From: Thalia democratica
Lineage: Eukaryota
Direction of reading: 5' to 3'
NCBI GenBank assembly: GCA_965202585.1
Contig: OZ241828.1
Coordinates: 54,002,001 to 54,066,000, forward strand
Length of the DNA: 64,000 bases
Shown one piece after another: positions 59,377 through 64,000 of this stretch. A program made the position numbers and the translations under genes. How positions within the stretch are numbered: position 1 is the first letter of the stretch; each line of letters opens with the position of its first letter. Under the pieces are notes generated by a model. It did no database searches. It was not told where the DNA came from and worked only from the letters and a program-made list of their open reading frames with translations.

Positions 59377-62029
59377 CTTTATATCAGTGAACAATGCAGT
59401 GTGCTTCTAAGTAGGTGTTTACTCAACTCGGCATTACTTTTGTAAGATGTGTTTCCAACACAATCAGGCACTCAACCGCTCGTTTCAACCAACTTTTTAT
59501 ACATCACGAAATTACTTCGGTAAATATTTGTTTTTGTACGCTGCAATAGCATTTGTAAATATCTTCTAGTACTTTAGCAAATGTTGAGGTATATTTAAAC
59601 AATATTTCAATAAAAAATTTCCAGACAACCTTTAATGACCTTTTGTTTATGTTATAGATGACAAAAAGCTATTTATAAGTTTTCAAACAGTTGATTTTAT
59701 CTGAATTAAGTTTATTTAGGTGCAATCCAAAGTTATTAAACGCTGAATTATTTTCAAGATTGAGCCTCATTGGTGCCTAGGTACTTGTTTATTGCGTCAC
59801 AATAGTAAACAAAAAGAGGCAGGGGCGAATTGCTACTATTTGTACGGCGTCGCGACAGCTATGAGCTGGTAGATTGCAAAATAAAGTATTTAGAATATTT
59901 TAAGTCAAACAAATAAACAGCATGACTGGTTTTCTATGCCTACACACTTGTTCGCTGTTTGTTTTGTGTGATATTTAGTTTGAAACTCTCGCACGAGTTT
60001 CTTGTATTTCTTTTATGTTGACTAATTCAAATTTTGTACGTAACAAGTACTATATATAAAACCAGTTACGTAAGCTATATTGAAATAATTTATAATTTAT
60101 TGTTAAAGTTGATTTATTACAGTTTAAGTTAAGTAATTTTCGAAAGTTCTTACTCAAGTAAAGCTACCAAACCTCATTGCTGTATGCATTTAGTCGTGCA
60201 AACCAATTAGTAGCTATGAGTTACAAAGAAGCAAACAATGTAAACAATTTAGCTTTGTAGTCGAGAGCAAACGTCATAACTGCCTATTTCATGTCATATG
60301 TCATAAATAGTTCGTTGATAAAGTTTCATAACTTACATCATGTCGGGAAAAATTTACAACTTGTTCAACATAAAATTGCATTTTCGGTTAAAACTTCTTT
60401 GTTGTAAAGTTTCCTTCTTTCAATTAACATGCTTTTTGATGTATCCAGTAAAACAGTTTCATAATTATATGAATGAAAATTAATTTAACTGTTTTTCAAT
60501 AAGTAAGTTTCTTTGTATGATCAAAAAAGTTATTTTTATTTAGACAATATTAACCATTAAAAAATTTATGTTTAATTTAATCAATAGTTGCCTTGCAAAA
60601 CTTTTATTAATAAATGATTATATACACAAACAATATGACATTAAAATAACTAAATATTTACACAGATTGTACAATTCTTTTATAACAATGTCTGCACGTG
60701 TAAAGTAATGAACATATGGAATTTATTAAAGCAAAACTTTGTTTACTTAAGTTCAACAACCTTGCGAGCTTTTTTTAGAGTAAAATTTTTTGGCTAAAAG
60801 ACTAAAAACTAAATACTTTTAATCAGCGTCTTACCTTTTTGATGCTATTAAAAGATCAAAAAGGCATATGTCAATTATGTTTTCTTTAATTAGGTTCAGT
60901 ATAAACAAAGGATCTTTTTCAGGAACATTTTAAAAATTCTTTGAAACTAGGCTCTATACTTTTGTTTGTTTGTGAAGGCATGAACCACAACATCTATCTA
61001 TAACAAAAGGATATTTTTATATTATAAAATCACAAAAGTATTTCTTTAGTAATTATTGCACCGCGAGTGACAATTTTAAGATTACAATTTACGAAAGGTA
61101 TCAGTTTAAATTTTTAAACATTCATTGTCACGAAAATATGCCTTATCTACTACCATAAAAGTTTGTTTTAATTCTAATGTACCAGATTATCCGAAATTTT
61201 TCCACTTTAAAAACTTTTCAGATGTTTTTATAAATATTAAGTTTAATTCGATAAAGGTGCACGTTACATTTTAAGCAATAAAATTTTAACATACTATAAA
61301 GAACTTACAAAATCGTGAGTAATTTTAGTTAAAACTCAGCGTTTAAACAGCCTGCATTGTAAACTTTAATTAAAATTGTATGAACGAATTGAATTTTGTT
61401 AGCCTTTTGATCTAATAATGTTAAGTTGTTAAAACTTTGTAGAAATTGATAAAAGATATTTTGTTAGATGTACCGCGGTATGATATTATCAAAATAAATA
61501 TTTTACAAACGAAAAACTGACAACAAATTAGCTTTATATAGTTTTGAAAAGTTCTTTACATAGGAGAAAAGTTCTTATAAAAGTTTGTTAAAGTTTATTT
61601 CTTTTTTATAAAATGTTATATTAAAAGTAAATTTTGGAACAGAATAATTTTAAATCTTGTTCTTTTTGCATATTTTAGAGGTATATAATACTGGATAAAC
61701 ATTCTTATTTAGACTGTTGTGTTTAATGTTTATACTTAAGTTTATATAATATATTTGAAGGTTGTTTTTTAAGTACAATAAAAATTTAGTTATAAAAACG
61801 ACTTAAACAACTTTTTTTAGTTTTGAAGAAGTTATAAAAACGCTGTACTAGAATTAGTTTTATTACAAAATTAATAAAACTACTTCAAATTATAAAAATG
61901 ACCATTACACAAAAACTATATCATTTACATATTATTTATTAGCAACAAAAAGTTTTAAAACACTAGATTAATTTTCAAACAAATACCAAAGTGTCACCTT
62001 TAAACTCGCCAAACGCTTTCATGTATTAA

Positions 62030-62580
62030 TACACAATCGCATTTGCAAACTTTCGACCGCAACATAACAATTTCAAAGCGACTTCCAACTGCGGCAGTCA
62101 GCTAAACTCTCGCCATAAACCGACTTAAGTTCCGCGCCTTCAAAGCTTTTCGACCAGGTGGCTTTCGGACGGCTTGAACTTTCGCTTCGATGCGTGATGC
62201 TGCTTCAAACGAACATATGAAAAGCGAAAACATTTCCAAGTGACAAGTAACATCAGCAAAAAGGTCGCTTCGATGCGAACGTGCCAATCCGAATGTGTGC
62301 GCGCGCCGAGATGTTTGGCTCAGTTGTCGAACATTTTGTTTTGGCTGAGCGGGCGACCGAGCACAATGGAGACTGTTTGGGTCGTCGTGGAATGCAACCT
62401 TGTTTTTGACCGCTGCGCCGGTCGATGTTTGGTTTCCAACTGTCTGGCAGACCAAACAATAGGAGCACACAAAACGAACGCGGTCTAATTATTTTGTGAT
62501 TTCACACACGGGGAGGGAATGCGTCTGTGAAGCATGCAACTACACACGAGACTGGCAATTGTGATGTTCGCACATTTGTT
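62030..62580. promoter_or_regulatory. intergenic CpG-rich island, candidate cis-regulatory element
   Basis: Sharp GC/CpG enrichment, and the overlapping short ORFs lack any motif or splice support. Confidence 0.35.
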
Positions 62581-63749
62581 CTAAAATAAGATATTTTTGC
62601 ACACCGTGCTTAAAAGTTTACTGGAGCTTGTCAAATAATTACTACAGTAAGCCGGGTTAAACGAACTTTTAGGAGCTTTGGTAGAAAAATTGAAAGTAAA
62701 CCCTCAAAGCACAATATGCAAGCACGATTACACATTTACAGACTGAGCAACATATTAAAATTTTTATAAGCTGTCATTATTAAATACCGTAAGGCGAAAA
62801 TAAATTTGAAGACTTTATATACCAGCTTAATTTTAATCTTATTTTGTCTGGCTTTCTCAAGTCATTTTAGAAAAAAAAACCTCAACGCAACGCGTTGAAT
62901 TCAAAGTTATAAACAAGTAATACGCAGATAAGAAAATATCTTAGAAGATGATGAGGATAGCTAATCTGTCAAGGTTTATCGCAATTAGCTCTAATGTGGT
63001 CGCACCTTTGATGTACTTATCAACAGTTTTTGTTGCCGTTGATTAAGAGAAGTTATCTCATACCTATTAATATACGTATAACTCGACAATGACAGTTCAG
63101 TCGTAAGCGCAACTTGTGCTTGGTATACGGAGGTTATCTACTTGTGCAAAACAGTTTTGTTTTCCTCGAAACATCATGATTTGCTGACGTGAGCCGAAGA
63201 CAAACGATGGTAACTCGATATCGCGGCGGTTCGTGTCCCTTCTATATTTTTGTTGGGTTTTCGTAAATAAGTTGCACGATTAAGCCCGCTCCGGCTTGTT
63301 TACCAAGCTTTAAACGCTTGACCAGTTTCCCAGCCTGTTCACTGCGCTGTGATGTAATGCTGCTAACTTGGTTTGTCGAAAAACTTTGTGAAATAATATT
63401 TGGTGATAATTACACTTGTGAAACTCACAACGGTTTGTTGGTTGTTTCCTTGTTCGAACTTTAATTGTTAAGTTTTTGACTTTGAACGTAAAAGTAGCTT
63501 ATTTAAACGAAATTAGTAACATTAAATATTTTCAAACTTGTACTTTCATATTATTGATAATTTTTTAATAGTTTTACTGTTTAATGTATTTACAGATTAT
63601 ATTAAAAGTATAAAGCAGTTTTTAAAATTAAAGCAAATAACATTTCAAAAAAACTGTGCTTACTTACTCGGAATGTTTAAAAACCAACTTCAAACTCTGT
63701 CTGTATATAAAAAAAGAGCAATAAACTATCTAAATGTTATTATCGCTTA

Positions 63750-63881
63750 TTACGTCACAGGAGCTTGATTAAGTGCGTCACCAGAAAAAGCTGCAGTGAG
63801 TCTTGCCTGGACAAGCCGAGGGTCATAACTCACGTCAGGGTTGACCTTTCTAGCATACCAGTGGTCCCAAGAAGTAGGGAC
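63750..63881 (-). CDS. probable last coding exon of an unidentified gene extending beyond the window
   Basis: ctag|VPTSWDHWYARKVNPDVSYDPRLVQARLTAAFSGDALNQAPVT* with coding-like composition. The window ends in CTTAC (minus-strand GTAAG donor at 64000), which defines a 119-nt intron. Confidence 0.6.
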   Translation of the reverse strand, partial: VPTSWDHWYARKVNPDVSYDPRLVQARLTAAFSGDALNQAPVT

Positions 63882-64000
63882 CTAGTCAACTTTAAAAAGG
63901 TTATAAATTTAGATCTGCTGTAACTGGATTTAAAAAAAAGTATATTTGTATATTGTCAATCTGCTAAGTTTATCTTTTTTAAGTTGCGTTTCTGTCTTAC

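Noticed and set aside
62102-62488. Three overlapping ORFs of 71-122 aa in the downstream GC island
   Set aside because: No recognisable motif or splice support; explained by GC content.

Overview
AT-rich eukaryotic genomic DNA with GT-AG introns, most likely from an invertebrate chordate (tunicate); the taxon is inferred from the gene content. No rRNA, tRNA or CRISPR features are visible. Three intron-containing genes were reconstructed by hand with phase-consistent splice sites. (1) A 3-exon secreted C-type lectin-domain gene (+, 1361-2627). (2) A CPEB1/Orb-like gene (-, at least 12 coding exons, 15380 to 5185, 5' end unresolved) with two RRMs and a complete ZZ zinc finger. (3) A fibulin gene (+, 32845-58810, 21 coding exons, 1998 aa) with a fibulin-2-type N-terminal Cys-rich (Na) domain, long low-complexity and mucin-like regions, 3 anaphylatoxin modules, 9 EGF/cbEGF modules and the fibulin C-terminal domain. 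The most interesting observation is a second, internal signal-peptide exon (46880-46937). It splices in phase onto the first anaphylatoxin exon and predicts a 683-aa isoform with fibulin-1 architecture, so one locus could encode both fibulin-2-like and fibulin-1-like proteins. A probable last coding exon of a fourth gene (-) lies at 63750-63881. The CPEB introns and the intergenic region hold several non-autonomous DNA transposon families (one nested insertion has its empty site inside the window) and a decayed Penelope-like GIY-YIG fragment. All gene models are manual and were not checked against RNA data or databases.
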